Part shown: positions 38,222-51,500 of the stretch, one piece after another
Layout of the letters: each line of letters begins with the position of its first letter
Position numbering within the stretch: position 1 is the stretch's first letter
NCBI GenBank assembly: GCA_965645245.1
Contig: OZ287075.1
Coordinates: forward strand, 248,001 to 312,000
DNA: 64,000 bases
Direction of reading: 5' to 3'
Source of the DNA: Massalongia carnosa
Lineage: Eukaryota
The notes under the pieces: model-generated
What the model saw: only the letters and a program-made list of their open reading frames with translations
Databases searched by the model: none
What the model was told of the DNA's origin: nothing
Translations under genes and position numbers: made by a program

Positions 38222-40884
38222 GGTGGATATGGTCGGAATGCTGAGGTAAGGTATACTTCGATAAGAATCTACAGGAGAAATGTAAGCGGGAGACTTTCGT
38301 ATGCTCTCAACCCAAGGAGAATACGTACATCAGCTATGGTGCTGATAAGAATGCTGGATAGTGATATGAGAGCTACGAATCTGAAAAGGCGCCAGCGATC
38401 AGCAAAAATTATTGCGTATGAACGGCATAACTCACGCTTGTTATAATGTTGGAGCGCTGGGGAACAAGAAAGATTGAAGGCAAAAGGCGAAGTTAAGTAG
38501 CCTACATTTATATCATTGTTCCTTCTGTTTGTGAAAATCTCGAAGACGTTTAAATAATTTGAGGAAAGAACGTAGATTACGTAGACAAATTGCTAGATGA
38601 AAAGGGCAACAACTCCAACTGATCACATCGCCAACGACATTTTATATGAATTGCTAGAGAGTTTATAATTGTAAAAGTTGGGACTTTGTGAACAGAAAAT
38701 TAGTATAGTATAACCAAAATCTCAACGATAATTAATGGCTCGTAATAAACCGCTTCCAGCGACGAACAATACGCAAGAAGAAACCTTTGGTGGTACTCAA
38801 GTCATCTTTTTCCAATATACGAGGTTTGGAGACAATTAAGTATGTCAGCTTCTCAAGTCACCTCGATTTTATTTTATTTCCCCTATCCTTCATCATAACT
38901 CCTCTCATTGTATTTCACCTATTCTCCATAGCTCTGCCTCGATCTCGAGACGATATACATGCCCGAGCTCTAAGTATCCAAACTACTCGGCACGAAAAGT
39001 TTTGCCGTCACTAAAATACCGCAAGGCGACATCGGGCGCGGCGGTATGGCTGGCAGCCGTGAGGTTAGGAAGCTGAGTAGATGCGGTCAGAAGACTGATC
39101 TTGCTATAAAGGACGAGGATCAAAGACGATGATGCGAGAGGAGAGGGTGCCCGAAGACGAATGTAACAAGGGTGTCTGGGAGGAGCGTTTAGTTATCGAT
39201 AATGTATGCAGAGGCATTATTCGGAAATAAGAATTCGCCTGCTATTAAGAAGGCAGAGGCGAGAGGCGTGGATACGGCGGTGAGAGGGATTTTAGTGTCG
39301 TTTATGGCGATATTGGATGTAGAAGAGGTAAGACTTATGAGCCGGAGATTCCAGGTGAAAACATTACTTCCCCAGGTTCGTGACTCGGCATCGAACACGT
39401 GCAATACCCATCGTAGCAATAGCCAAACGATCCTCAGTATCCATGATAGACAGCGAAAACAGAATCAAGGCCTTCCATAAGTCGAGAAGAAAACCGGCAA
39501 ACCACCATTATCAAGGGTCAAACTTCAAAGATGCCTTGATAAATATTCCCCTCGCACTCAACACGAACTCTAGCATATCGGCTAAGCGGTCTACAGCCCA
39601 AGGGCCGGGCGGTTCCATGCATCATTCTAGGCTGATTATTTCCATTCTGGCGAAAAATAGGAGAGGCAAGCTCACTCGAAGAAAGCCGGACGGGGAAAAT
39701 TCGCGGCGCCAGGGCAATCAGCAGAGAGGGAGAATGATCTTAAGCGCCCGAGGCGATACATAGCCAAGACGGAGAGTCACAACCGCCTCTCTCCCTTTTC
39801 TCAATCGTTCACCCCCCCGTACCCATATGTGAAATAGTCCTGTCTGCTTAGTGTATATATACTCCCAGCCACTAGCTTCCCCAATAAAAAGAGAGAGGGA
39901 AAATTTTCAAATTCCCTTACACAGATGCCACAATGCGTAAATCCAAACCCACCCGCTTCTATACCCTCTGTATCCATCTATCTTCGTCGCTGCTGCTACT
40001 ACTACTACGTACCTACATGTCTTCTATGCTGGAGGCACCTACATACATACATAACCCACCCATTCAATCGTAGCAAAGAGTAAACAAGTTACCGATTGAA
40101 CAACTATTCGACCGAATGACCGACACGGACTGACCAAAGACAAGCGCAAGCATTTCCCTCCAGCCAGGTACTGTGTGTAGATACATACTACATACATACA
40201 TAACTCGGTAAGACATCCCATCAAGTCAGTCAACCAGTCAACCCAAAGAGATCTTCGGTTTTCTTAAAAAAAATCTTTTTGCCCGAAAACAGAAAAGACG
40301 ATGAGAAATTTAATTTGGGGATTATCTATGTAGCGTCTATAGTAAAGCGGCTAGGAACGTAAAAGGGAAGCAGGATTTCTGAATGCCGCAAGTGGGTAGA
40401 TATATAGGTAGCGTATCGTAGGAGATAATTTGTATCCCAATGAACCGGCAAGTCAAGAATCAGGAGTCGGGAAACGGGAAACGGGATATTCACCCATCTA
40501 ACTAACTACCTTGCTTAGGGGATCATCGACTGTCGAGAAATTAATACCTGCCTGGTTCTCCTCCGGGAATAAATATATGCATACATCTATTCAGAACTAC
40601 CTTGTCTATGGGATCTATAAACTGAGGAGTGAGGAGGGGGATGGTGCTGTTTGCTGTTTGCTGTGCGTGTGTGTTGGGGGGGGGGGGGAGTTGTAGATTG
40701 GTGAGGGATGATTACTGGAAGGGACGGTACGGTCACGGTATGGGGGTTTTACGGTTATGGTAGGTAGGTAGGTAGGTAGGTGGGGGGAGATGCAGTTAAG
40801 AAAAAAACCGTTTATTATTCATGCCATGTATCTAGGTATCGAGTTCTAGCATGTTCGGTCATAACCCAATCTCACCGGAGAAAT

Positions 40885-41595
40885 TTAAAGTTTGACGGCG
40901 TCGAGAATAGCCCGGAAGGAGGCCAGTCGCTCGGCCGAAGCCAGATGGATGTTCGTGCCTTCAAACCTGACCGTGGCGCGTGGCGCGTGGGTGCGGACCT
41001 GCGTGGTGAGGCGGCGCAACAGGTCGGAGATGCGCTGGGTCCGTTTGGCCGGGTAGGCGTATGAGAAGGCGAACGTGACGGTAGTGAGATTGGGCGGCAG
41101 GGAAGCGAAGTAGGTGATCCACTCCTGGTCGTCGCTGCCCTCGAGCCGGGACAGGCTAATGTGTAGGCGGCGCACGTGGGGCCGCTGCACGGTCCAGAGG
41201 CGTTCGAGGAACTCGATCAGCGCCCACGGCGCGTCGAAGGCGAAGGTGCAGGTGGCAACGAGGAAGGCGTCGAACTCGGTATGGAGCTGGAGGGAGGCGC
41301 GGCGGATAGCTTCCACCTCGGGCCCGAGGGACGACTTGTAGGTTCGGATTTGTCCGTCGTAGGTCATGGGCACGAGGAAGTTGTAGCCTGGATTGTGCAT
41401 ATCGATAACGTAGCGGTCCCGACATTTCGCGCACATGCGCTTCTTGGTGGCGGGATGGAGCGTGCGCCGGAGGATTTCTTCCCAGAGTAGATGGCGGATT
41501 TCCAGTGGGAGGCAGCTGAGCGTTCCCAGCGCCGGCGTGGATATGGCGGTGTTGGTAACTGCTGTTAAAGTCGGCTCGATTAGGAGGGAAGACAT
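40885..41595 (-). CDS. F-box-like hypothetical protein (236 aa)
   Basis: LSCLPLEIRHLLWEEIL, IRRASLQLHTE and FAFDAPWALIEFL. The ORF is GC-rich, coding-like and intact. Confidence 0.7.
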   Translation of the reverse strand: MSSLLIEPTLTAVTNTAISTPALGTLSCLPLEIRHLLWEEILRRTLHPATKKRMCAKCRDRYVIDMHNPGYNFLVPMTYDGQIRTYKSSLGPEVEAIRRASLQLHTEFDAFLVATCTFAFDAPWALIEFLERLWTVQRPHVRRLHISLSRLEGSDDQEWITYFASLPPNLTTVTFAFSYAYPAKRTQRISDLLRRLTTQVRTHAPRATVRFEGTNIHLASAERLASFRAILDAVKL

Positions 41596-42647
41596 GATGT
41601 AGAAGGATCTGAAACAAGGCAGGATACCAAAGTGTTGAGATGGAAGAGATCGCGTTCGTCTAGTATAGGGGTTAGTTTAGATGAATGAGTAGCGATGGAC
41701 TTATGGATTAAGAGTGCTTGAGAAGAAGAATCAATTGCTGTGGTTTGTTGTTATCATGAGCACTTCGATGGCATTAGAATTTGTCGAGATAGACAGAGCT
41801 TCTCTCCAGAAGCAGTCTCTTTTTATATACGCAAAATATTTCCTAGTGATTTCGAACCAACTTGTAGATTGGTCAATATTATTCATGTGGCTTCATCGTC
41901 CAGTTGTTGATAATGGCTTAGAGAAGAAATCTTGACCATTTTCCATCTTGAATAGGCTTAACCAACGTATAATACCGCGAAAATCATGAAAATCCGATGG
42001 AAACGATTCTTGCAAACCCGGATACCAGGTTTGCGGTAAAGCCATGACGAGCACGAAAAGTCAAATATATAGTATAAAACGGTTTGAACGAATGATGGCG
42101 ATGAGAAAAAGTCAGAAAAGATAAGGCTTCTTCTGTTAGGTGTTTTTTATCCACTCTGCAGAGACTGAATGAACTCGGGATACTCGTAGACGATAATGCG
42201 CCACTGCCATGTTGACTCGCCGTCATTCGTCGAGATTGCTTTACTCGTAATCTTCAGCTATCGGAACTTTATATCACAGCGATTCGCATAAGCAAATGTG
42301 GGAAGGTGAAGATAGATTGACTAAGTCATACAATGAAACCCAAGCGATCAGAGATGCTATGGAGAGGTAGATGCAAAGATTGTCCCGAGTACTATACCAC
42401 GACAGGCGAGAAGAGCGGACAAAAGTCTAAGCTCTAATCCATTCTAAACTACTTTCGGAATGAACGTTCTGAGGTGGCTGAAAGTAGCTTAGCATCATGG
42501 TCTTGGCCGTGCGCGATTGGGTCAAGGTTAAAAGGTTAAAGATCCAGTCAAGCCACCAACTCGACAACTATCGAGTTGAGCTACCATTCAACGTTCGAGT
42601 ACTCCGTACTACTCTATTCGAATGATATGAGGAAAGACAAAAGAGGA

Positions 42648-42692
42648 AGACGAGCAGACGAGCAGACGAGCAGACGAGCAGACGAGCAGACG
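42648..42692. repeat. Tandem 8-mer (AGACGAGC)x~5.5
   Basis: Direct reading: agacgagcagacgagcagacgagcagacgagcagacgagcagacg. Confidence 0.9.
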
Positions 42693-43386
42693 ACTGAACC
42701 CCGTCGCGAGCTACAATTATCAGCAACGACCAATCGATCAACAACCTGCGGAATAGTCCGCCGCACTGGGCTCCTGACTTCCAGAATGATTGGAACCAAC
42801 AGCATGCGCCACCAAAAACGCCACAGACATCCGCGAGATCAGCTGTTCAAAACGTACGAGTTCTCATCACGTTCGTTGAATGCTGGTGGAAGTGAGCCTT
42901 GCTGTCGTACGATGCAAATCCCGCTAAGCAGAACCATTGATCTGATCGTCAGGTGAGTCTCGGGTAATCTTGCACCGAGTACAAGGTACCGAGTACAAAG
43001 GTATCTTGTACCGAGAACTAGTACACGACGCGAAGTGCAAGCTTGGTTAGCGTCGGCATACCACCAATCACGTCGCGGTGCCTTGATCGCTTGATCTTTC
43101 CTGTACGGCTGAAGCTCCTCAACCACATCCAATTGCATCAGAGCAAATAGGAGAGCTAGGGGGAAAGCGAAGTAAACAGCTGCGTCGCTATTCTAACTTC
43201 GAATACGAGACAAACGTGGGGATGGGTGATTTAAAAGGGAAGGAGTTGAGAATAGGCGTCGCAAAGGTGTATATAACAACAGCCATGCCCTTCCAATATA
43301 GCTGTGTGTCAAGGTGTGTTTCCTTGCGTCTCCCTACATTCTATCAAGTGTTTTAACACGAGCGTCAACGTCAATTTCTCTCCGCC

Positions 43387-45047
43387 ATGTTCCAACCACT
43401 TGGTCTGGTGCTGCTTGCTTTGACCACCATTGTCCACTCCTACCCCAATCGAGGGCATTATCCATTCGCTATCGCCCTCTGCAAACATGCCGATCGACCC
43501 AGCGAGCCCATCACCACCGCGAGGGTTCGAGAGTTTTTCACTTCCGCAGGCTCGAGCAAGCCGGAAATGTATCAGTTCCTTCGAGAGCAGTCCAGCGGCG
43601 CTGTAGACTTGGAAGGCAGCATCATCGCAGGCTGGTATAAGACCGCTCATACCTTCGCCACCACGGCGACATATACCCGCCAGCAGAGGATCAATACCTG
43701 TCGAGATGCAGCAGTTGCCGCTGGCTTGGTGATTCCCGCTGTACGTGTGGTGTTCCAACTGTCGGAGATGAGTGCCGGACCCTAACATCTTGTTCCAGAC
43801 CCACCGATTCTTGGCTCTGTACAACGAATCTCCAGATATTGGCGGGGTGCCTGGTGCCAACGGAGGAGTGGTGCTGGTGGGCGACAATACCCTGGGGATA
43901 TCAATAGCCGCACATGAAGTCCTTCATACCCTTGGTGAACCTCATTCAAGGCTGGCAAGCGACACTGCTCCTCGTCCGTGCATCCTAGCCCCAAGTGGTC
44001 GGAGCTAAAAGCTAAACTGTGATCGGTAGCCCGAGAATACGGTGACGAGTTCGACGTAATGGTCCGTCAGACATGTCTCCCCATTATGTTACAGATTCAG
44101 CCGTTGATAAACCCTAGAGCACAGCCAACGTCCACACCATGTTCAACGACGGCGTCTTCGCGAGCAGCGGTCCCAACCTCTGTGCACCTGCCCGCGATCG
44201 CTTGGGCTGGCTCCCCATCAACCGTGTCTTCACCCCAGCACCCAATGCGTACCACGTTCCCCTCCGTCTCACTTCCCTTTCCCTCAGCACGGCCGCGACG
44301 TCGGGATACCTCATGGCCCGCATCCCCATATACACGCGTGTAGGAGAGCCATGGGCGTACTACACAGTCGAACTCCGCACGGCGACCGGGTTCGATCGTG
44401 GCCTATCCGCGCTGGGACCGGTCTCGAACGGAATCGTCATCCACAGGGTAAACGAAACCGATCAAGCCAACTGGCTCCTGTACCCGCGCTTCCCCGCTTT
44501 TGGCAAACCGTTCAGTTGGTGTAAGTTTTCCCTTCTCCCTCGCCCGACTCGCGTCCGTGCATCCATGTGCACCCGGCCCTCGACCTAACACCACCTCACA
44601 GTCCACCAACCGGGTGATACCTTCTTCGACTTCGCCGGCGGGATTTCCATCAAGGTGCTAACAACCGACCTGGCTTCCTCCACCGCCACGCTGGAAATCA
44701 CCGCGACCGGCAACCCCCCTCACGGATACTACGGCCCCAACACCTGCCGCCCCGGCGACGTCTGGCGCGAAGCCGACCCGCTGGACTACACTTGCGTGTC
44801 CCCGGCCCGGCGCACCGCCGTCCGCGCCGAGAACGCGCTCGGCCCGTCCCGGACCCTTCCCGGCAGCCTGACGTGCCGGCAGGGCTTCGTGTGGCGCGAG
44901 GCCTGGCCGAAAGATTACGTGTGCGTGCCGGTGGCGGAGAGGAGCTTGGCGCAGGAGGAGTCGCGGGGGGCGTGGAAGGTGGTGGCGAACGATTTCACGT
45001 CGGCCACGAGATTCGCGGCGGGCCCGCCGGGGCCGGTGATCCCGTAG
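43387..45047 (+). CDS. Secreted metzincin metallopeptidase with a C-terminal tandem Cys/Trp repeat; exons 43387-43740, 43799-43973, 44030-44061, 44118-44520, 44602-45047
   Basis: Signal peptide MFQPLGLVLLALTTIVHS. The zinc motif HEVLHTLGEPH fits HEXXHXXGXXH. The Met-turn-like EYGDEFDVMS is assembled across exons 3 and 4. Two repeats follow: TCRPGDVWREADPLDYTCV and TCRQGFVWREAWPKDYVCV. All four introns splice in frame. Confidence 0.85.
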
Positions 45048-48000
45048 TTTTAGGGGGTTCTTTTGCGTGTTTTTTCTACTTTCAGGCCCACGTGGTCGGT
45101 ATCCGCTGTCCGCTGATGGCTGCATTTTCATATTTCCTCAAGAATCCTCGTTTCTACGTAATACATGCATGTTTATTTGATTTGATTTTATATTTTCTTG
45201 CCGGCCTTTTGTTCCCTAAGCCAAACGCAGGGCATTAGAACAGTGTATTTATCTAGTAGGTATCAGGAGATTACCGCCTCTCACTCGGTAACCTAACTCT
45301 CTCGTCGAATACGTGGAATTTTCTGCCCATTTCTCCCCAATTACCCCGAAGCATACTTATTTCTCTGTTTCTGTTAATCAAATCCTCCTATCGATCGGCT
45401 CGCTACGTTTCCGCATTCTTGTCGTGGTTGTTGTTGCTTTTTTTTTCCCCTAATTTTTTTAAATCTATCTTTTTCTCATTCCCTCGCTTTCCCCCCCCCC
45501 CCTTCCCCTTCTATTCTTATCTTCCTTCTTTCTTTTCCCCCTCTCTCCCCTCTAACTTCCTTCCTTGCCTTCTTACATTTCGTACGTATTTTTTTTTCTT
45601 TTCTTTTTTCTTCTCCTATCTTTCCAAACTCGGATTTGGGGATTTCCCCTTTATAACAAAAAATCCTCTCCTTCTTCGGGCGAAAAATATGGGGGGAGGG
45701 GGAGAGAGAAAGGAGAAAGGAGAAAGGAGGCAAAACATATGTACCTGAAAGAGAGGAAAAGAACGAAAATCCAAAAATACCTCCGCAACAGGAAATTTCT
45801 CCTCCCTAGCTGGAATATATAAAGCATGAAATAGGATGCGATGAGATAAGATTCGGAACATGATAGCGGAGATAGCCTGACTGACTAATTGAAGCAAGCA
45901 TGAGATTCGAAAACTGAGGGTTGTTTCGAGGAAGAAAGGGGAGAAGAAGGTGAAGATGATGAAGAAGATGAAGAAGGAGGAGGAGGAGGGGGGGGAAAAG
46001 AGAAGAGAAGTCCCTCTCTTTGGTTTTTTATTTATTTTACAATTCCAGTATTTCTACTCATTCATCCATTACATCATTCCCATCAAAACACTCCCGCGTC
46101 GCTTGCCCCTACCACGCAAACGAGAGTTTGGAACAATTGACGAGTGAGGAAGCATTGATGTACCAATTCCCTCTTTCAGAAATCGCTTGTCCCTATCTAT
46201 CGCCTGTGATGGGACGGGAACAGGAGCGGTGGATAGGTGTGCGCGAGAGAGTGAAGGGGAGTGGGGGATCTGGTTGATTAATTGATTGTTATGGATGCAG
46301 GTACGTATGGAGAAGAAAAAGAGAAAGTTTACGAGTTTCGGGATAGGATTATATGCCTACATACTCTATCTAGATGCGGGAAACGCGAAACTTTCCAGCT
46401 GACTGACGGGGTTGGAAACGAGCGAAGATCGGTTGTGTTGTTATTGGTGATGCTGTGTGCCGGGATGTGATATCTATCATATTCGTTGGTGTTTTGAGCG
46501 CCAGCTATGGGGTTTCCTTCCGTGTTGAGCATTTGCGCTTGTGGCTTGTGTGTGGAACTCTGGGGGTTTTGTCTGCTGACGCAATGCTGTGAGTGTCATC
46601 GCTTTGCAGAACATGGGGGGGGTTTTGAAGTGGATGATTATTATTATTATTCATCCCTTTGTAATATCTAGGGCATCGGACAACATAACATATCCATTTT
46701 AGCGTCTCCCCCAAAGCATCGACCCCCCACGGAGACCGTCAAGGTTTGAAGAAAAGGAAAGAAAAGAAAAAAATAACTCGAGAATTGAACCTTCGATCAA
46801 AAATCGTTCGCTGGTGTCATCCTCGCCTGTTTTTTCCTTGACGTTTGTTTTCTCCACTTTTCCAAACGCAGAGGCAAAGCAACAAGCAACTGTTTCCTGA
46901 AGCTTGCTTGCTTGCTTCTGGAGCTCTCATCGCGGCGGCTGTTGGGAAGGCCCGGGTTTTGGGTTTAAGTTGTTTTCTTACTTACTTCCTCACTTGCTTG
47001 CGCCTGTAGCTAGAAAACGGGGATGGAAGGATGGGGGCATATCAAGAATCAGGATGGTTCTTTTGCCTGGAAGTTGCACAAGTGGTCGTCGTTCACATAC
47101 ATCCAAATTCTCTAGATCCAGCCAGCTGGCTTCGGTTGATATACTTGTTATATTTATATGCAAGCCTCGAGGGGAAATGTAGGAGATTCTCAAATATAAC
47201 ATATAGTGATTGATAGAACAGCTTGGACATTCTAGGTAACTTTTCCTACCTGAGTGGAATTTACGACTGCCACCGATATGATGACTTGACAGGGGGGTTG
47301 TGCAACAAGATTAATCAGAAGACGAAGCTCGGCCCCTGTTCTGTTATAGGTTCCCCATGTATGGAAAAGCCGAGATAGTCCCACAATAGGTAAATCATTT
47401 CAAAGAATAACTTCTTGTTGAAAGTAAAATATAAACCATATCCTTTGACGAAAGATGAAATAGAAAAGCAAACTCAAATCCACATATCAAGAGCATTCAT
47501 GAACGAAATAAATCTCTTAGGCATGTTCGAGTTCGAGCAGCGCTTTAGTCTCGCAATGCATTGACAGAAATTATTCTCGAGATTCCATGCACGGGAATAT
47601 TGCATGCTGAGACTTTCATCTCATTTTCTTTTTTGGAAGTTCGAAGAGCCTTCAGACTTTCCGGAATGTAGGGTTGCCACACGAGCCGCCAACATCTTAC
47701 CGAAGCTGAACTATATAACCCGGTAGAGAAAAGAAAGGAGAAAACCCCCCTTTGAACTGCGGAGCTTGAAGAAAGAAAAAAATTGACTTCAGCCGCAACT
47801 CTTGAAGCAGTATTACAGCTAGATCTGAAAATAAGCCAATAAGCGCAACGCTGTGAAACAAAACGGAAACGTAAAGGCAGCCGCCATGAAGGTATGGTGT
47901 CGGCAAGAAAAATATCTCTATTATATGGGACAGGTTAGTATCTTCCCAAGGGACGACAAAACTACTATAGTTGGAAATAGCCTTTTGATAAGAATAATTA

Positions 48001-48545
48001 ATGGTATGAACCAATGTATTGCTTCTTCAAGGACGCTGCATTTTTATTCTGAACTTATGGCACCTGTGCCGTTCCATTATCTACGCAAGAGGCGTTATAC
48101 TCAGCTAGGCTCTTTTTAAATGTTCGCACGAGCGTTGTAGAGCTGCAGTGAGTCGGTACACGCATAGAGATGCTTGGTTGACTCGATTTCCCGGTACTTC
48201 TCCTCTAATTGATATTTATGCTTCTATTTGGGATCATGTTTATCGAATCAACCGTAGGTAGAGATTTCCTCATCCGCAAATCTGAAACAACTTGCACCTT
48301 TGAATCTTTATCTTCTACGGAGTACAGAGAAACGCGCGAAAATTTCGTACATCTCTCCGTGATGTTTTGGGTTCCACTCACCCCGTAAACATTGTGTTGA
48401 GCTGAATGTATGATAACAATGAGCTCTATGATGAATTTATATTTACGTCAGAAGAATATCTCTTCATAGTGAAATAGATGATTGATTTATTGATGGATTT
48501 ATGATGAATCCTCTAAGCCTAAATTTACAAGAAGAGAATTTTGTA

Positions 48546-51500
48546 CTCGGGCCCAGAAGTCTGTCGTTTCCTTTTGGGTTAGCGCGTCTTGGCAGACATA
48601 AACAAACCTCCCTAAACATCGCATTTTTCCCTCATCGAATCTGAATATCCTCATCCATATAATTTAAACTTCAATAATTATTCATAATATGAATGCTAAA
48701 GCTGGTCATGAGGTTTTTTATGAGCTTCGATGCGCTATAGTTACTTGTAGAATTATTTTCGGTTGCACCTACTTCGAGATAGAGCAGAAGATTGGAGTAG
48801 TCAGGGGCAGAGCTCAGACACTCATGAAAAGAGCTATAAAACGAGCTGGATGTGAGGATTTTCACGAGGCCTTGGCCTGTGTTGGCATCCTGGAACGATC
48901 CGGTCGATTGCCAAGAGTAGCAGATGGTACAGACCTTTCAGCAAAGATTCGGACAGCGATTCTTCAAAATCCCCGAGTAGATTCGGGACAGACCCCCCAA
49001 CTGGCAGACCCCTCGGAAAGTTCTACTGCTTATTAGGACTAGCTTAAGCCTCACCCTCACACTAAATTAATAGTCCATCTACTAATGCAATGTCCCCCCG
49101 CAAGCTTCATAACTATACCTAGCTGATAAGCCGAAAAGATCGTTATATCCAGATTGACTGTATGAAAAAGTCATACCTATTACACTCTACTATTTCATTA
49201 CTATTATATAGAACTCATTGCGATGACCTCAACTCTGAAAACTCGTCAATCAGTTGCGAAACATCCTCCTTTCTAGGCTTCATAGTCCTAGCAATCTTCA
49301 TAGCTGCCGCCTGCTTCTTCGCCTCTGCTCTAGCCTGTTTATCTGCTTGCTCAGCCCTTTGCTGAGACTCCAACTCCAACAGAGCCTTTGATTTTTTGGC
49401 TACACCCGGAGACCTTCGCGTTGTGGCAGACGAAGTAGGAGGCAACTGACTGAGGCGGAGGTTTTGACTAAGACCATAAAGGGACGGGGCCGTTTGAGAT
49501 GAGACTTTTTGGCTATGTTTCGCCAGCACTTCATCAATATCTTCAAACGAATCGGAAGACGTTGAAGATGCATCGTTGTCATTCGAAGGAAGTGTGAGAC
49601 TCGTAGAAGGATCGGGAATCGGAGTGCCTACACAATGCAGGTCATCGTCGTCGGAGACGATGACCGCATCTTCAGTCAAATCTACTACATCATATGTTAG
49701 CCGCGCTGCGTCGATTTGCTTATATCGTGGGTTTTTACCATCGCTAATCACACTCTCGTTTTCATCGCTTTCACGCAGTTTATCATGCCGTCGCCTTCTC
49801 CCTTGTTCAATCGAGTCCCTACGTCTAGCACGTCGCTGATTGGCCTCATCTGCCTCAGCTGCCTCGCGGCCAGTGTAAGCACACCGACGACTTTTCTAAG
49901 CATGTCTTCAAGCTTAAGGCAGAATCGAAAGTCATTCGCCACCAGAAAACAGCAGGCGGACCATCGAAAAACCAGCGAGGATGAATGAGAGAGATGGGGA
50001 TGGGAATGACGTCAACGACGCAAGAATACAACCAACACTTGCACGGGAGACCAAATGGCAAAGGCAGTTGACGATCATATACACAACTCTCGCCTGTTAG
50101 TTCAATTGGTGAGGTCAATCCTAAATAGACTCGCTGATTGAACTCTTCAGCTAGCTTTTTGGCCCCATCCAACTCTCTGGAGACGAGGTCAATAGCTTGA
50201 TAAGTTATTTTTCCCGTGAGATGTCTGAATGCAAACCTATCCATCAATCGAGGATTATTGATTCGTTGCTGATTGATCATGGTTTCATATTCAATCTGCT
50301 TCTCCTTAACCTCATCACAGATTTTCTGAACGGATTTTCTCATGGGAGTATGCCTATTGGTCACACTTTTGATCATAGGATGTAGGCCTTCAACCCGCTG
50401 AGTGCTAATCGCACCTAAATTAGGGAGCTGATTGGTATGCGCGTGCACAAAGTGAGCTTCCTGGCGTTTATAAAATTTTATAAGATAATCCTGCAAATAA
50501 AAACATATCTATTAGCCGTAGTCCTCGCGAAAATTAATCCTAACTCTAACTCAATCAGGTTTAAGCTCAGGGTTAAACCTCAACTTCTACAAATCAACAT
50601 ACCTTTTCTGAATCGTGCAATTTGTTCAACAACGTCCTCCTTCTTTCATTCAATTGTTCGATAGTAGGAGACTTTATCCATGACCAGATCAACGCCATCA
50701 ATTCTTTCCGAATCTCTACTGGATAGGTCCCCGCCTTGATGAGTCGTTTCTTAATGGCTTCGGCTGCATGCTAGGTGCAAAGCTGCAAAGCGCAGTCATA
50801 ACCGCCCGCGATCATCGATTGAGAGACTTGCCATGCCATGCCCAATGCAGCGTCAGCATCTACTGTCTGAAGCCTTTTTCTCTGCATCGCCGCCGATAAC
50901 CCAGCTGCAAAGTCTCCAAGTATGACTCTAGGACCAGGGCATTCGTCATGAAAGATCAAGTCCTTCATACAATCAAGTAGAAAAGTGAAGCACTCCGCCA
51001 ATTCGGAAGTTATATAACAGTAGGCCACGGGGAAGGTAAGTCCTGTATTAGTGACTCCAACTACAACGGACAGAGGCAAGTTCAATTTGTTAGTATTGAA
51101 CGTTGCATCCGTTTCGATCAAAAACCCACTGACGAAACGTCTTGCTAATCTGATTTGCTCTTTATTGCAGAAGAAAATAACTCTACAACACGTCGCTGCC
51201 GTATGTTGTTTTCAACTATATATTTCTCCAAACAGCGCACGTGAAACCCTCCCTCTTTCAAGCATCCAAGTGTATAATCCATTTCCTCTGCGGGTGTATG
51301 ACTCCCTTCAGATCGAACTAGGTTATAATAATCATTCTTCGAAAGACGAAGTCCCCGAACACGCAAAGTTCTTGAGGCTTGGGTATATTTAGTACATGAA
51401 TCGCGAAGACCTTTCGCATGGTCTAGGGTTTCTGCTCGGTCGGGGTCCCTAATATGATGTTCTTTGAAACTGAAAGGGTCAATGGCCATGGAATGATTGT

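Noticed and set aside
39000..39560. Degenerate coding-like stretch on the minus strand
   Set aside because: Multiple stops and no family assignment possible without a search.
42648..43025. Short repeats considered as a CRISPR-like array
   Set aside because: They are simple tandem 8-mers and degenerate GTAC-rich repeats with no spacers, in a eukaryotic context.
43309..45238. Overlapping antisense and alternate-frame ORFs over the protease (and likewise over the LOX, CE4 and permease genes)
   Set aside because: They are shadows of GC-rich coding sequence, and the spliced gene model explains the region.
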